This document shows, in pieces, positions 1 to 9,003 of a stretch of DNA of 36,722 bases. Origin of the DNA: a virus (lineage: Duplodnaviria > Caudoviricetes); the IMG/VR virus record IMGVR_UViG_3300020045_017575, positions 1 through 36,722 of that record. One strand, 5' to 3'. How positions within the stretch are numbered: position 1 is the first letter of the stretch; the number at the start of each line of letters is the position of its first letter. Under the pieces are notes generated by a model. It saw only the letters and a program-made list of their open reading frames with translations. It was not told where the DNA came from and searched no databases. The translations under genes and the position numbers were made by a program.

Positions 1-121
1 CCCTACCTAAAAATTGTGAGTTGTGTGGAAAAGTTTACGAATGCCGTGCAGATAAAATATCTTCTTCAAGGTTTTGTTCTGTTAGATGTAGGAGTATAAA
101 CGGCGGTAAAGCTTCATGGAT
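1..121 (+). repeat. Exact direct copy of 29232-29352 (5' part of the HNH gene); likely chimeric contig end
   Basis: Base-by-base identity with 29232-29352. The sequence switches to terminal sequence at the shared CATGGAT microhomology. Confidence 0.92.
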
Positions 122-177
122 CAATTGCCCTTTGAAAAAAGATGGCGCAGAGAACGTAGAAAAAGGGAAAAACTTGA
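116..177 (+). repeat. Imperfect terminal overlap with 36661-36722 (circular/permuted genome)
   Basis: 62-nt ungapped alignment with 5 mismatches. Confidence 0.9.
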
Positions 178-227
178 AGAGCTAAAAGAGAAGCTTGGCA
201 TAGTTGACGAAGAGAAATAGGATCACG

Positions 228-431
228 ATGAAAAAAATATTTATTATTGCGGCAATGTTTTTTGTAACACAAATTTCATGCCTTAACGACACTGAAAGAG
301 CTCACTTTAAAAAGGTGATAACTCCCTCTGAATGCATACATGTGTTACAGGCTGTTATAAAGAATGGTGGCATCCCATACTCAGCGGAATGTATAGATTT
401 TTGCCTTGAATATGAAGCTGAAGCTCAATAG
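228..431 (+). CDS. Small secreted protein, distant paralog of the N-terminal region of 9004..9504
   Basis: MKKIFIIAAMFF signal-like N-terminus. VLQAVIKNGGIPYSAECIDFC resembles VLQQVIKTDGSGVPFSPEIINYC. Confidence 0.65.
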   Translation: MKKIFIIAAMFFVTQISCLNDTERAHFKKVITPSECIHVLQAVIKNGGIPYSAECIDFCLEYEAEAQ

Positions 432-476
432 ATTATTAAAATAACTTGCTAAAACCAAAGTTTATGAGGAAAAGCA

Positions 477-941
477 ATATTAGTAGATATTTTTAAAACC
501 GATAAAGATTTAATAAAATTAATTGAGTTCATAGAAGGAAGTGACCGATGGATAGAAGCTGACCATTCACTTCCTTCCATTGGTAAGGAAGTCATATTAC
601 AAATATGTGTTGATTTACCTGATGATATCAAATGCCATTCTGATGTAGAAGAATGTGGACCTATGATTATTGATTTTTGTATTAAGGCAAAACTTACCTA
701 TGAGAAAAATAAAAATCTAAAGATAGATCTTTATAACGGTAATTTTTATTTAAAAAATATATGGGAGGACGAGTGTTCTTTATTACTTTCACAATCAAAT
801 CCAACAGAATATATTCTTAGGAGATATAAAAAATGTGAACAGTATATCCAAGAATTGTCTTTTGATTTAGAAGATATAATGTCTTGGTCATATATTTTTA
901 AAACTGATGAAAAAGGAAAATTTACTAATATTATTCAATAG
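477..941 (+). CDS. Hypothetical protein, DUF551-like WIxxxxxLP motif; possible ATA start (first ATG at 663)
   Basis: Frame is open from 468. GAGGA lies upstream of ATA at 477. The extension encodes RWIEADHSLPSIGKEVIL. Confidence 0.5.
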   Translation: MLVDIFKTDKDLIKLIEFIEGSDRWIEADHSLPSIGKEVILQICVDLPDDIKCHSDVEECGPMIIDFCIKAKLTYEKNKNLKIDLYNGNFYLKNIWEDECSLLLSQSNPTEYILRRYKKCEQYIQELSFDLEDIMSWSYIFKTDEKGKFTNIIQ

Positions 942-999
942 ACTTGCTGAAATTAAAATAGAAGTACATACTTCAAATGTGAATTGAAATAAAAAAAAT

Positions 1000-1032
1000 A
1001 GCGTTAGCCAGTAGCTAACGCTGAATTTTTTT
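1000..1032 (+). terminator. Intrinsic terminator-like hairpin (possibly bidirectional)
   Basis: AGCGTTAGC-cagta-GCTAACGCT flanked by an A-tract and a T-tract. Confidence 0.6.
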
Positions 1033-1106
1033 GAGTAACAGTTAACAGCTGTTATTCATATTGTACCTTAGTAGTCCACCAAGACTCATCGAAACAATAG
1101 AAGAAT

Positions 1107-1973
1107 ATGATAGCACAAGAAAACATTACAAAGCAAGAAAAAGTTCAAAAAAAATGCGAAAACGATCGTATTTTTTTAAACTCTCTAAAATTACAGTTCA
1201 ACCTTACGAAGTTATACAAGAAAAAGAAGACTCTTTACTTCTTCCTAATAAGATCCTCCTATCTCCCCTCTATGTTTTTCTCTCATGCAGATATTGCTAA
1301 TAAAACGGGAACATCAAATAGTACGGTAAAGCGTGCTATAGATTTATTATGCGGTATGGGTTTGATGACTAAGGCTAGACGTGATCTGCCTTCTAAGATT
1401 GTTGATGGACTGACCTACCAAACAACAAATTTATATAAAATGACCATCACCGTTGCCGAACGATATAAATTGTACGAAATGTTCAAGATTTTTTTCTGTT
1501 CTATTTCTTTAGCTATGTCCGCTTCTACTCGCAACTATGAAAAAAATGAGCTACCTATTATAGTTAAAGGAAATAAGAGTTATATATATAGTCAATCTCT
1601 TACTGATAGTAATACCGTTTTTGGGCATAACTATCAGCTTTTGCAAAAAGAATGGAAGAAAATGGAAGATGATCGGTATGAAGATCAACCATGGTTTGAT
1701 AAGGAACTGAAAAACCAGAAGGAAATTCGTAAGAAGAATTACTTTGAACAAAACAAACTTACCTCTTTTCATAGAATTAGTACGGAAGAACCTCAAAAAA
1801 CGGAATCTCGTAAGTTGTTCATACCACCATCGCTCCCTGAACCAGAGGAAGTTGCAGAAAATAAACGCGGTGCAATAGACTTATTTGCTAAGCCGGGTCA
1901 ATTGATTGCTGGCGCAAGTATATTTGCTTCTATTCTGGCCCATGGTAAAGGATTTAATGAAAGCTTTGACTGA
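1107..1973 (+). CDS. Putative replication initiator with winged HTH
   Basis: FFSHADIANKTGTSNSTVKRAIDLLCGMGLMTKARR is typical of phage Rep HTH domains; lies upstream of rusA. Confidence 0.65.
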   Translation: MIAQENITKQEKVQKKCENDRIFLNSLKLQFNLTKLYKKKKTLYFFLIRSSYLPSMFFSHADIANKTGTSNSTVKRAIDLLCGMGLMTKARRDLPSKIVDGLTYQTTNLYKMTITVAERYKLYEMFKIFFCSISLAMSASTRNYEKNELPIIVKGNKSYIYSQSLTDSNTVFGHNYQLLQKEWKKMEDDRYEDQPWFDKELKNQKEIRKKNYFEQNKLTSFHRISTEEPQKTESRKLFIPPSLPEPEEVAENKRGAIDLFAKPGQLIAGASIFASILAHGKGFNESFD

Positions 1974-1974
1974 T

Positions 1975-2003
1975 TTGCTTTATCTTAACGCTCTTACTAG
2001 AAT
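1975..2003 (+). promoter_or_regulatory. sigma70-like promoter for the rusA/terminase genes
   Basis: TTGCTT-N17-TAGAAT in the intergenic gap. Confidence 0.55.
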
Positions 2004-2048
2004 GCGAATTATCCACCCAACTCAGCCCTAGTAAGCAGGAGTAATAAG

Positions 2049-2444
2049 ATGGCTTTATTTAAAGAGTATACGATCAACCTTTCGCCTATTTCCTGGAAAC
2101 GTCCGGGACTACATAAGAAAAAGTTTTACGACCAACAAAAGCATGAAAAACTTGCTTTTGGTCTTTATCTTTTACAGCAACACGGTAATTCACCAAAATT
2201 CACCAAACCAGTGCACGTTGAAGCAAACTTCTTCATCCAGATTCCCTTTTCTTTGCGTAAAAGAGAGTCAACCAAGTGGTGTTCCAAGTTTGCTGATATA
2301 GATAATCTACAAAAGTTTGTTTTTGATGCCATTAACGATACCGGCATAATTTGGAAAGATGATAAAATAATTGCATCAGTTAGTGCGAAAAAGATCTATG
2401 ACGCCAATCCACGGACCTATATTACCATTACGGAATTAGTGTGA
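2049..2444 (+). CDS. rusA: RusA-family Holliday junction resolvase
   Basis: DIDNLQKFVFDAIN...WKDDKII catalytic motif; C-terminal PRTYITI. Confidence 0.9.
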   Translation: MALFKEYTINLSPISWKRPGLHKKKFYDQQKHEKLAFGLYLLQQHGNSPKFTKPVHVEANFFIQIPFSLRKRESTKWCSKFADIDNLQKFVFDAINDTGIIWKDDKIIASVSAKKIYDANPRTYITITELV

Positions 2445-2914
2445 AGAAAATAGTTAAAACTAACACGGATAAAAAAAAACCAGCAACAGTGCGTCAATAT
2501 AAGCCTGATCCAGACTGCTTTTTCAGTTATAAGAAGATGCCAATATCACGTTCTCTTATCGAGCATATGATAGATGAGCTTCCCGATTGGCCTATCAATA
2601 ATCCAATGGAGAAATCTCTTACCGAGTTTTATCTTAAATATCATATTGGCTGGTCAACTCGGCAAGGACTTCTTAAACGACATCCCGATCTTAAAGAGGC
2701 GGAGGATGTTGCCAATAGCAGAATTTCTGAAAGATTATGGGCGGCTCATGCTGAAGAAAATTGGTCAGCATTAAAGCATAGGCTTCATTCTTATGGTCCT
2801 GAGTGGGTTGCGAACGACAACTATCAAGTGGATCTTAAAGTGAGAAGTGATAAGAACTCAGACGCTGGTGGCAATATTTATATTGGTAGTGACTCTATGA
2901 AGATCAATAAATGA
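2441..2914 (+). CDS. Putative terminase small subunit
   Basis: Position before terL, size, and a helical segment (WSTRQGLLKRHPDLKEAEDVA) like phage TerS; overlaps the rusA stop. Confidence 0.5.
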   Translation: MKKIVKTNTDKKKPATVRQYKPDPDCFFSYKKMPISRSLIEHMIDELPDWPINNPMEKSLTEFYLKYHIGWSTRQGLLKRHPDLKEAEDVANSRISERLWAAHAEENWSALKHRLHSYGPEWVANDNYQVDLKVRSDKNSDAGGNIYIGSDSMKINK

Positions 2915-2930
2915 ATTATGGGATAAAAGT

Positions 2931-3380
2931 ATGAAGTGCTGTTGTATTTTGAGAGATAGAAAGAGTTGTGTAAATGAAATTACTATTTCTCCTGGGAGTC
3001 TTGCCTCATGGGAAGATTTATCAAAGAAAGATTTATTTCATTATAAAGATGAATTCTTTGATCTTTATAAGAATGCAGAAACAAAAAGAAATTATAGAAT
3101 TGGTATCAATCGATTAGATCGAGATAGAAGCCATTATGATTATCTTCCAAGAACTATAGGAGGAGTTAAGGATAATGAACATTATATAATATATTCACTT
3201 CTTAATTCTACGCTTGCAGATGGATTAGCGGTAAGTTCTTTACACTCTAGGATGTCTTATTATAATGCATTCTTTAAATTTTTAAGCGTAAAGAGTGGTG
3301 GGATCATTAAAAGAGTAAAAATTCCCCCTAGTGAATATATAAAGATCGAATCGCTTTCATATGAAATTGAAGATCAATAA
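2931..3380 (+). CDS. Hypothetical protein between the terminase subunits
   Basis: 149-aa ORF abutting the terL start. Confidence 0.6.
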   Translation: MKCCCILRDRKSCVNEITISPGSLASWEDLSKKDLFHYKDEFFDLYKNAETKRNYRIGINRLDRDRSHYDYLPRTIGGVKDNEHYIIYSLLNSTLADGLAVSSLHSRMSYYNAFFKFLSVKSGGIIKRVKIPPSEYIKIESLSYEIEDQ

Positions 3381-4745
3381 ATGAACCCAGAAGACGTAAT
3401 ACATCTGACCAAGTTCAATCCACGACCATACCAGCAAGATATTGTAGATGCTCTCAACAAAGGCTTTAAGAAGCTTGTGGTAATTCTTCCCCGCCGTGCA
3501 GGAAAGGACATCACTGGTTGGAATATTGCATTCCGCCAATGCATAAATAAAGTTTGCTTGGTGCAATATGTATTGCCTACCTTCGGGCAAGCGCGGCGTT
3601 GTATTTTTGAAGCGATAGCAATTGATGGTACAAAGTTTATCGATTACATACCCAAGAGACTCATTGCCAAAGTGAATGTATCGGAACAGAAGATAGTATT
3701 TATCAATGGGTCTGTTTTACAGTGTCTTGGCGGTGAGACTCATGATACGGCTATACGAGGCACAAACCCTTACATGGTTATACTTTCGGAATACGCTTAC
3801 ATGAGCCCCGCTATTTATGATACCGTTCGTCCCATACTTGCAGCCAACGATGGCATAGTTATCTTTCTTTCAACGCCTTATGGCAAGAACCATTTCTATT
3901 CCATGATTGAAGCAGTAAAGAATTATCAGGATTGGTTTATTCTGCACAAAAAGACTTCTGATATTAATCACATCTCAGCAGAAGCTCTTGAGCAGGAACG
4001 CCAACAAATGTCGCCTGAGTTATTTGCTCAGGAATACGAATGTAGTTTTGATCGTGGTGTTGATGGTTCGTATTACGGTAAGTATTTACAGCGAGCCAAA
4101 GAAGAGGGTCGCATAACACATGTCGCCCATGATCCTGGTCTGCTTACTCATGTTGCCATTGATATTGGAGTGAATGATGCGACCACTATGATTTGGTTTC
4201 AGACTGCTGGTGATAACACCGTCATTCGTATTATCGACTGTTATCGTAATACGGGCCTTGGGCTTGATCACTATGTGCATGTGTTGAATGAGAAAGGTTA
4301 TAACTATGGGAAATATTTCGCCCCGCATGACTTGATGGTTCGCGAATGGGGTGGTGGCGCCATCACTCGCCATGAGAAAGCACGCAATCTGGGTATTAAC
4401 TTTACGGTTCTTGAGCAAATTACCGTTGCTGATGGTATTGAAAACGTCTGGACTCACTTTCCCAAGATGTGGATTGATGCAGTCAAATGTAAATCACTCA
4501 TCAATGCATTAGAAAACTATCGACGCGAGTTCGATGTTGATAAGAACGTGTATAAAAACAAGCCCGTACATGACTCACATTCTGACTATGCGGATAGTAT
4601 GCGCTACTTGTGCCAGTCATTGCACAAGACGAAAAAAGGTTTAACAGCGGAGGAATTTGATAGGAAAAGAGCGGAGGCCCGTTACGGCCCGAATAATTTT
4701 AAGCAAGCAATATTCAACCACGATCCACGGTATGATCGTTATTAA
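3381..4745 (+). CDS. terL: Terminase large subunit
   Basis: PRPYQ, Walker A LPRRAGK, Walker B ILSEYA, STPYGKNHFY, nuclease IDIGVND and HSDYADSMRY. Confidence 0.95.
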   Translation: MNPEDVIHLTKFNPRPYQQDIVDALNKGFKKLVVILPRRAGKDITGWNIAFRQCINKVCLVQYVLPTFGQARRCIFEAIAIDGTKFIDYIPKRLIAKVNVSEQKIVFINGSVLQCLGGETHDTAIRGTNPYMVILSEYAYMSPAIYDTVRPILAANDGIVIFLSTPYGKNHFYSMIEAVKNYQDWFILHKKTSDINHISAEALEQERQQMSPELFAQEYECSFDRGVDGSYYGKYLQRAKEEGRITHVAHDPGLLTHVAIDIGVNDATTMIWFQTAGDNTVIRIIDCYRNTGLGLDHYVHVLNEKGYNYGKYFAPHDLMVREWGGGAITRHEKARNLGINFTVLEQITVADGIENVWTHFPKMWIDAVKCKSLINALENYRREFDVDKNVYKNKPVHDSHSDYADSMRYLCQSLHKTKKGLTAEEFDRKRAEARYGPNNFKQAIFNHDPRYDRY

Positions 4746-4755
4746 AGGTATAATA

Positions 4756-4857
4756 ATGGAATTTTTTGATGTAATGGATGCACTAGTTAACTTACTCTTG
4801 GTATTACTTTTTGTGATAATAGCTTCTGCTATTTTTTATAGTGTGATGCATAAATAA
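4756..4857 (+). CDS. 33-aa single-TM peptide
   Basis: AAAGG upstream; MEFFDVMDALVNLLLVLLFVIIASAIFYSVMHK. Confidence 0.5.
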   Translation: MEFFDVMDALVNLLLVLLFVIIASAIFYSVMHK

Positions 4858-4878
4858 ATGACGACTAATCTTTCTCTC

Positions 4879-4908
4879 TTGTTTTCTTTTAATATTCTCG
4901 CTTAGACT
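4879..4908 (+). promoter_or_regulatory. Putative promoter for the portal operon
   Basis: TTGTTT-N18-TAGACT; same architecture at 12050 and 14925. Confidence 0.45.
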
Positions 4909-4943
4909 TCTTATTATTGAGACATTTTAAGAGGATATTATTT

Positions 4944-7016
4944 ATGTTGATGAGAGCTCCAGAATCGTTGCCATCGCAGAACTTTGGCGCTATTAAAAAT
5001 AAGATGGATAACGATTACACACGTAATTTGTCTTTATGGTCTATTGGATGGTCTCAGGGAAACATTGATGTTCGCCTTGAAGCTGGTGATCAGAGCCTTA
5101 TGGCACAACTTAATACCAATACGCTTACGCAATCAACCAACTCTTACTACTTCAATCGCGTTCGTCCCATATGCAATATGATCTCAGGTTACCAACGCCG
5201 TAATCGTAAGAGTACGATTGTAGTTCCTCTTGAAAATGGCGATCAAAAAACTGCTGATCAATTTACTAAAATACTTATGCATATATACAAGCGAGAAAAT
5301 GTTTATGAAATGATCTCAGAAGCATTTCATCAGGGCGCTTGTATCACGGGAATGAACCTGCTCCAGGTATACCTAGACTTCACGCAAGATCCTCTTAATG
5401 GCGATATTAAAGTTGATAACCTCGCTTACAATGAATTCATGATTGATCCTTATTTTCGCAAACCAGATCTTTCAGATGCATCGTTCGTCTGGCGCCGTTC
5501 TTACATGACTCACTCAGCTGCCGCTGCAATCATGCCTGAAGATCAATATGAACGAATAATGGCTCTTCAGGGGAACCCCCAGGGAATGGCGCGAGACGGA
5601 AAATTCCAGTATATGCCAGAAGCCTTTGGTTATGCGCAAGGAAATCGCGTTTCCTATGACGAGTATTGGTACAGAGATTATCGTCGCGCTAAGTTCTTGT
5701 ATGATATAAATACGGGTGAAATGATTGATATCACGCGTAATGAAAAGATCGACATCGATCGATTTATGAAAGACAACCCACAAGTTAAGTTAACAGAACG
5801 AGATGTGCCAACCATAAGGTTGGCCATTATGATACAAGATGAAGTGTTTTACGATGGCGAAAATCCGCTCGGTATCGATGACTACCCATTTATTCCTGTC
5901 ATTGGTTTTTATAATAAGTCTATGCCTTATATGTATCAGCGTATATCAGGTGTATGTAGATCCCTCCGTGATCCTCAGATCCTCTTTAATAGACGAGTTA
6001 TATTATCAGCCGATTTACTAGAATCACAAGTTAACTCTGGCTGGATCTTTAAGGAAAATGCTCCCGTTGACGTTAAGCACTTATTCCAGACCGGCCAGGG
6101 ACGCATTATCCCTATCAAAGATGAAGCTCAGATGACTGACATTCAGCCTATTATTCCACCACAAGTGCCGTCTTCATTTTTCCAATTACAGGAAGTGTTT
6201 GATAAGGAGCTGTATAACTGCGCCGGCCTATCTGAAGAGAACATGGGTAAGATCGTGGAAGATAATGCCTCAGGTTACCTTTCCGCTCTACGTCAAGGAG
6301 CAGGACTTACTGCTCAGCAACCAATATTTGATCGTCTTGATCTGTCGCAAAATATGCTGGGTGAACGAATTATGAATATAATCCAGGCTAACTATACCCC
6401 AGGGAAGGTGCAAAGAATCTTAGAAGGTGAACAACCAGCTGACCTTTTTTATAACAAAGCTTTTGGTAAATACCATTGTGCAGTAGAGCTTGGTTTTAAC
6501 ACTGAGACACAAAAGCAAATGGAATTTGCACAACTACTACACTTGAGGGAAGTTGGGGTTAAGATTTCAGATGCAGCCATGATTAGTAAAGCGACTATTC
6601 AAGGTAAAGATGACCTGGTTCAGGAGATGATGAATGCCGAAAAACAACAACAACAAATGCAGCAACAACAGATGCAGATTCAGATGCAGGAAATGCAGGC
6701 ACGGGCTGAACTATCACATGCGCGAAGTGAAGCTGACCGAGGACTTGCCTATGAAAGAATCTCACGAGTTGAAGAGAACCATGCATTGGCTCAAAAGCAA
6801 GTTGCTGAAGCTAATAAAGAAGATGAGTTGGCTCTTTTAAACAAGGTTAAAATACTTAAAGAATTAGAAACTATTGATCTTTCACATCTGCAAACATTGA
6901 TCACTCTTTCTAACTCTATGAAATTAGCAGAGCAACAAACGGTGAAACCTACAGAACCCTTACGGCCGCAGGAAGCAGCTGTCGCGCAAGGGGCAACTGA
7001 AAATAATCAAGGATAG
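4944..7016 (+). CDS. Portal protein (P22-like)
   Basis: Follows terL. Motifs FNRVRPICNMISGYQR, IDPYFRKPDLSDA, YPFIPV, SLRDPQ..FNRR and a Q-rich barrel tail. GAGGA before ATG 4944. Confidence 0.9.
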   Translation: MLMRAPESLPSQNFGAIKNKMDNDYTRNLSLWSIGWSQGNIDVRLEAGDQSLMAQLNTNTLTQSTNSYYFNRVRPICNMISGYQRRNRKSTIVVPLENGDQKTADQFTKILMHIYKRENVYEMISEAFHQGACITGMNLLQVYLDFTQDPLNGDIKVDNLAYNEFMIDPYFRKPDLSDASFVWRRSYMTHSAAAAIMPEDQYERIMALQGNPQGMARDGKFQYMPEAFGYAQGNRVSYDEYWYRDYRRAKFLYDINTGEMIDITRNEKIDIDRFMKDNPQVKLTERDVPTIRLAIMIQDEVFYDGENPLGIDDYPFIPVIGFYNKSMPYMYQRISGVCRSLRDPQILFNRRVILSADLLESQVNSGWIFKENAPVDVKHLFQTGQGRIIPIKDEAQMTDIQPIIPPQVPSSFFQLQEVFDKELYNCAGLSEENMGKIVEDNASGYLSALRQGAGLTAQQPIFDRLDLSQNMLGERIMNIIQANYTPGKVQRILEGEQPADLFYNKAFGKYHCAVELGFNTETQKQMEFAQLLHLREVGVKISDAAMISKATIQGKDDLVQEMMNAEKQQQQMQQQQMQIQMQEMQARAELSHARSEADRGLAYERISRVEENHALAQKQVAEANKEDELALLNKVKILKELETIDLSHLQTLITLSNSMKLAEQQTVKPTEPLRPQEAAVAQGATENNQG

Positions 7017-7018
7017 TA

Positions 7019-7360
7019 ATGGCAAGGAAGGAAGCAAAGGCGAAGCAGACGGTTCATGGTTTTACTAAGCATCCTCTTTACCGACGGTGGGATGCTATGA
7101 AGACATCTTGCTATAACAAAAATAATGAGGGATGGAAATCGGTAGGTTTTAAAGGGATAAGGGTATGCGAGGAATGGTCTAAGGAGTTCCTTGTATTTTA
7201 CCAGTGGGCTTTGGAAAATGGTTGGAAAGACAATATGTCATTGCGTCGTCACGACAAAGAAAAAGACTTTACTCCTGATAATTGTTTTTTTGCTCCGGGC
7301 CCGAAAAGAACAACATCGACGCGAGAAATTTTGCGAAAAAGTAGATACGAATATTGGTAG
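7019..7360 (+). CDS. HNH-endonuclease-related protein, nuclease motif apparently degenerate
   Basis: HG.TKHPLYRRW.AMK.SCYN...G.KGIRVCEEW...F..FY.WA..NG is present; the usual IDRIDNxGxYxPxNCRW appears as LRRHDKEKDFTPDNCFF. Confidence 0.75.
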   Translation: MARKEAKAKQTVHGFTKHPLYRRWDAMKTSCYNKNNEGWKSVGFKGIRVCEEWSKEFLVFYQWALENGWKDNMSLRRHDKEKDFTPDNCFFAPGPKRTTSTREILRKSRYEYW

Positions 7361-7431
7361 AAAATCCTCAGTTAGAGGCGTTTATTAACCCTTGTAGTTT
7401 AAAGACTACAGTTTCAGAAAGGAGGCCACCT

Positions 7432-7689
7432 ATGGCAAAGAGAAAGTATGAAGGCGAATACAAGACTCGCCGAATGATGCCGAACAATGGCATGAAGAGT
7501 GATCTTATTCACGAAGATATGTCCAAGCCTTGCGGTCTTCCTATGGGAGCTTTGCAAAGAGACCTTGGTAATGGTGAATATTTTTCCATGAACGCACATC
7601 GCGTTGGTGATCTTTATGAGCAAGTTGATAAGACAATGCGTGAAGATGCAGCGGCTATATCAACGATAACCAAGCCAACTAACTGGTAG
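7432..7689 (+). CDS. Hypothetical protein
   Basis: GGAGG SD before ATG 7432. Confidence 0.7.
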   Translation: MAKRKYEGEYKTRRMMPNNGMKSDLIHEDMSKPCGLPMGALQRDLGNGEYFSMNAHRVGDLYEQVDKTMREDAAAISTITKPTNW

Positions 7690-7695
7690 GTATTC

Positions 7696-7851
7696 ATGGC
7701 AGTACAAATAAGACCAGATGAAAAGCTTAAGAAGATTGCCTATAAGATTCTCAAAACACCAGAATCTTTGCAGCAAAAAAACGATCGCGTTCCTTCTCAA
7801 AAAAGACTGAATGCTTGGCTTGTTAATTCTTCTTATGTAGCATTAAGATGA
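7696..7851 (+). CDS. 51-aa hypothetical protein (below ORF-track cutoff)
   Basis: MAVQIRPDEKLKKIAYKILKTPESLQQKNDRVPSQKRLNAWLVNSSYVALR; AGGT upstream; fills the gene gap. Confidence 0.6.
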   Translation: MAVQIRPDEKLKKIAYKILKTPESLQQKNDRVPSQKRLNAWLVNSSYVALR

Positions 7852-7875
7852 CTTGCTTAAGTCACTATTACTAAT

Positions 7876-7913
7876 CGTTTGCTCAGTTATAACGCCTTTT
7901 AGCTGAGCAAACG
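7876..7913. other. Intergenic stem-loop
   Basis: CGTTTGCTCAG...CTGAGCAAACG inverted repeat. Confidence 0.55.
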
Positions 7914-7944
7914 GTTTAATACACAATAAATCTAAGGATTGATA

Positions 7945-7989
7945 ATGGCTCAATGCTCATGTAAGGGTAGATGTCGTTGTAAAAAGTGA
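7945..7989 (+). CDS. 14-aa Cys/basic micropeptide MAQCSCKGRCRCKK
   Basis: AAGGA SD upstream; stop overlaps the GAGGT SD of the next gene. Confidence 0.45.
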   Translation: MAQCSCKGRCRCKK

Positions 7990-7996
7990 GGTAATA

Positions 7997-8137
7997 ATGA
8001 AAACAAGAATGAAAAAAAAGCCTTTGAAGAGAAAAATAGTAGAGCATATTAAAGGTGATATTGAAACATTCAAGCATGAATCTCATGAAGACAAAGAATT
8101 ATTAAAGACTCTTGTTAAGAAAAAGAAGAAGAAATAA
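7997..8137 (+). CDS. 46-aa Lys-rich protein
   Basis: MKTRMKKKPLKRKIVEHIKGDIETFKHESHEDKELLKTLVKKKKKK; TAATG coupling to the next ORF. Confidence 0.65.
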   Translation: MKTRMKKKPLKRKIVEHIKGDIETFKHESHEDKELLKTLVKKKKKK

Positions 8138-8340
8138 TGCCTACACTAAAACCTTCTGCACCTAAAAAAGCAAAGCGTAAACGCGTTAAGCTCGAGATGG
8201 AAAAGTATAAATCAGGAGAATTGCATTCTGGTTCAAAGTCTGGTCCAATCGTAACCAATCCTAAGCAAGCTATCGCGATAAGTTTGAGTGAAGCTGGATT
8301 GTCCAATAAGAAAAAAATGAAAAAGAAAAAAAAGAAGTAA
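8137..8340 (+). CDS. DUF6496-like small basic protein
   Basis: MEKYKSGELHSGSKSGPIVTNPKQAIAISLSEAG motif plus poly-Lys tail. Confidence 0.75.
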   Translation: MPTLKPSAPKKAKRKRVKLEMEKYKSGELHSGSKSGPIVTNPKQAIAISLSEAGLSNKKKMKKKKKK

Positions 8341-8368
8341 ATTAAGCTTATTTTTTTATATGATTTTC

Positions 8369-8395
8369 AACCCCCAAATAAATGGGGGTTTTTTT
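8369..8395 (+). terminator. Rho-independent terminator
   Basis: AACCCCC-aaataaat-GGGGGTT followed by a T-run. Confidence 0.8.
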
Positions 8396-8490
8396 ACCAA
8401 CGCCCATGTACACTCTTGTGCGCCCAAAATGGTTTTGGTATGGTGAGGGCAGTAAGTAGTTGTTTCATCACCATACCAGTAAGGGATTAT

Positions 8491-8994
8491 ATGGGTATAT
8501 ATAGAGCGCTTTCGTGCGTTAGTTTAACATTATTATTTAGTGGACATTTGTTATGTTCATCAGATGATTTACCGAAGATTGGTGGATTAGATACATCAAT
8601 GCCAGAAGATTATTCTCGGCCTGAATCGCCACGCGAAAAGCAAGAGAATAGTAAGATGTGGTTAATACCAGCAGGTATTGCAACTGTTAGCGCAGCAGCC
8701 GCTTGTTACTATTGTGTAAAGTCTTATTGCTACACAAAAATTGAGGCACCTAAGCAATCTATTCAAAATGATTTGAATGCGTTAAGAAAAGTACCAAGTG
8801 CTATTGTTGAAGTTGCTCCTTACGTAGAATTGGAAGCTTCTGATAAAACAACTACTAAGAGCAGTTCTATTGTTGAAAAGAGAATTATTTCTGAAGAATT
8901 TATTACCTATACAGAGCATCGTCGCATTGTTAATTATGCTGACTTTACCTATTTCCCTGAAGAATTTGAAAAAAAACAAAATAAAGAATTGTAA
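8491..8994 (+). CDS. Accessory signal-peptide plus TM protein
   Basis: AAGGGA SD, hydrophobic N-terminus, TM WLIPAGIATVSAAAACYYCV, PESPR motif. Confidence 0.7.
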   Translation: MGIYRALSCVSLTLLFSGHLLCSSDDLPKIGGLDTSMPEDYSRPESPREKQENSKMWLIPAGIATVSAAAACYYCVKSYCYTKIEAPKQSIQNDLNALRKVPSAIVEVAPYVELEASDKTTTKSSSIVEKRIISEEFITYTEHRRIVNYADFTYFPEEFEKKQNKEL

Positions 8995-9003
8995 GGAATT
9001 TAA

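Noticed and set aside
6640-6705. Poly-Gln/Met tract in the portal
   Set aside because: Ordinary coiled-coil barrel region of P22-like portals.
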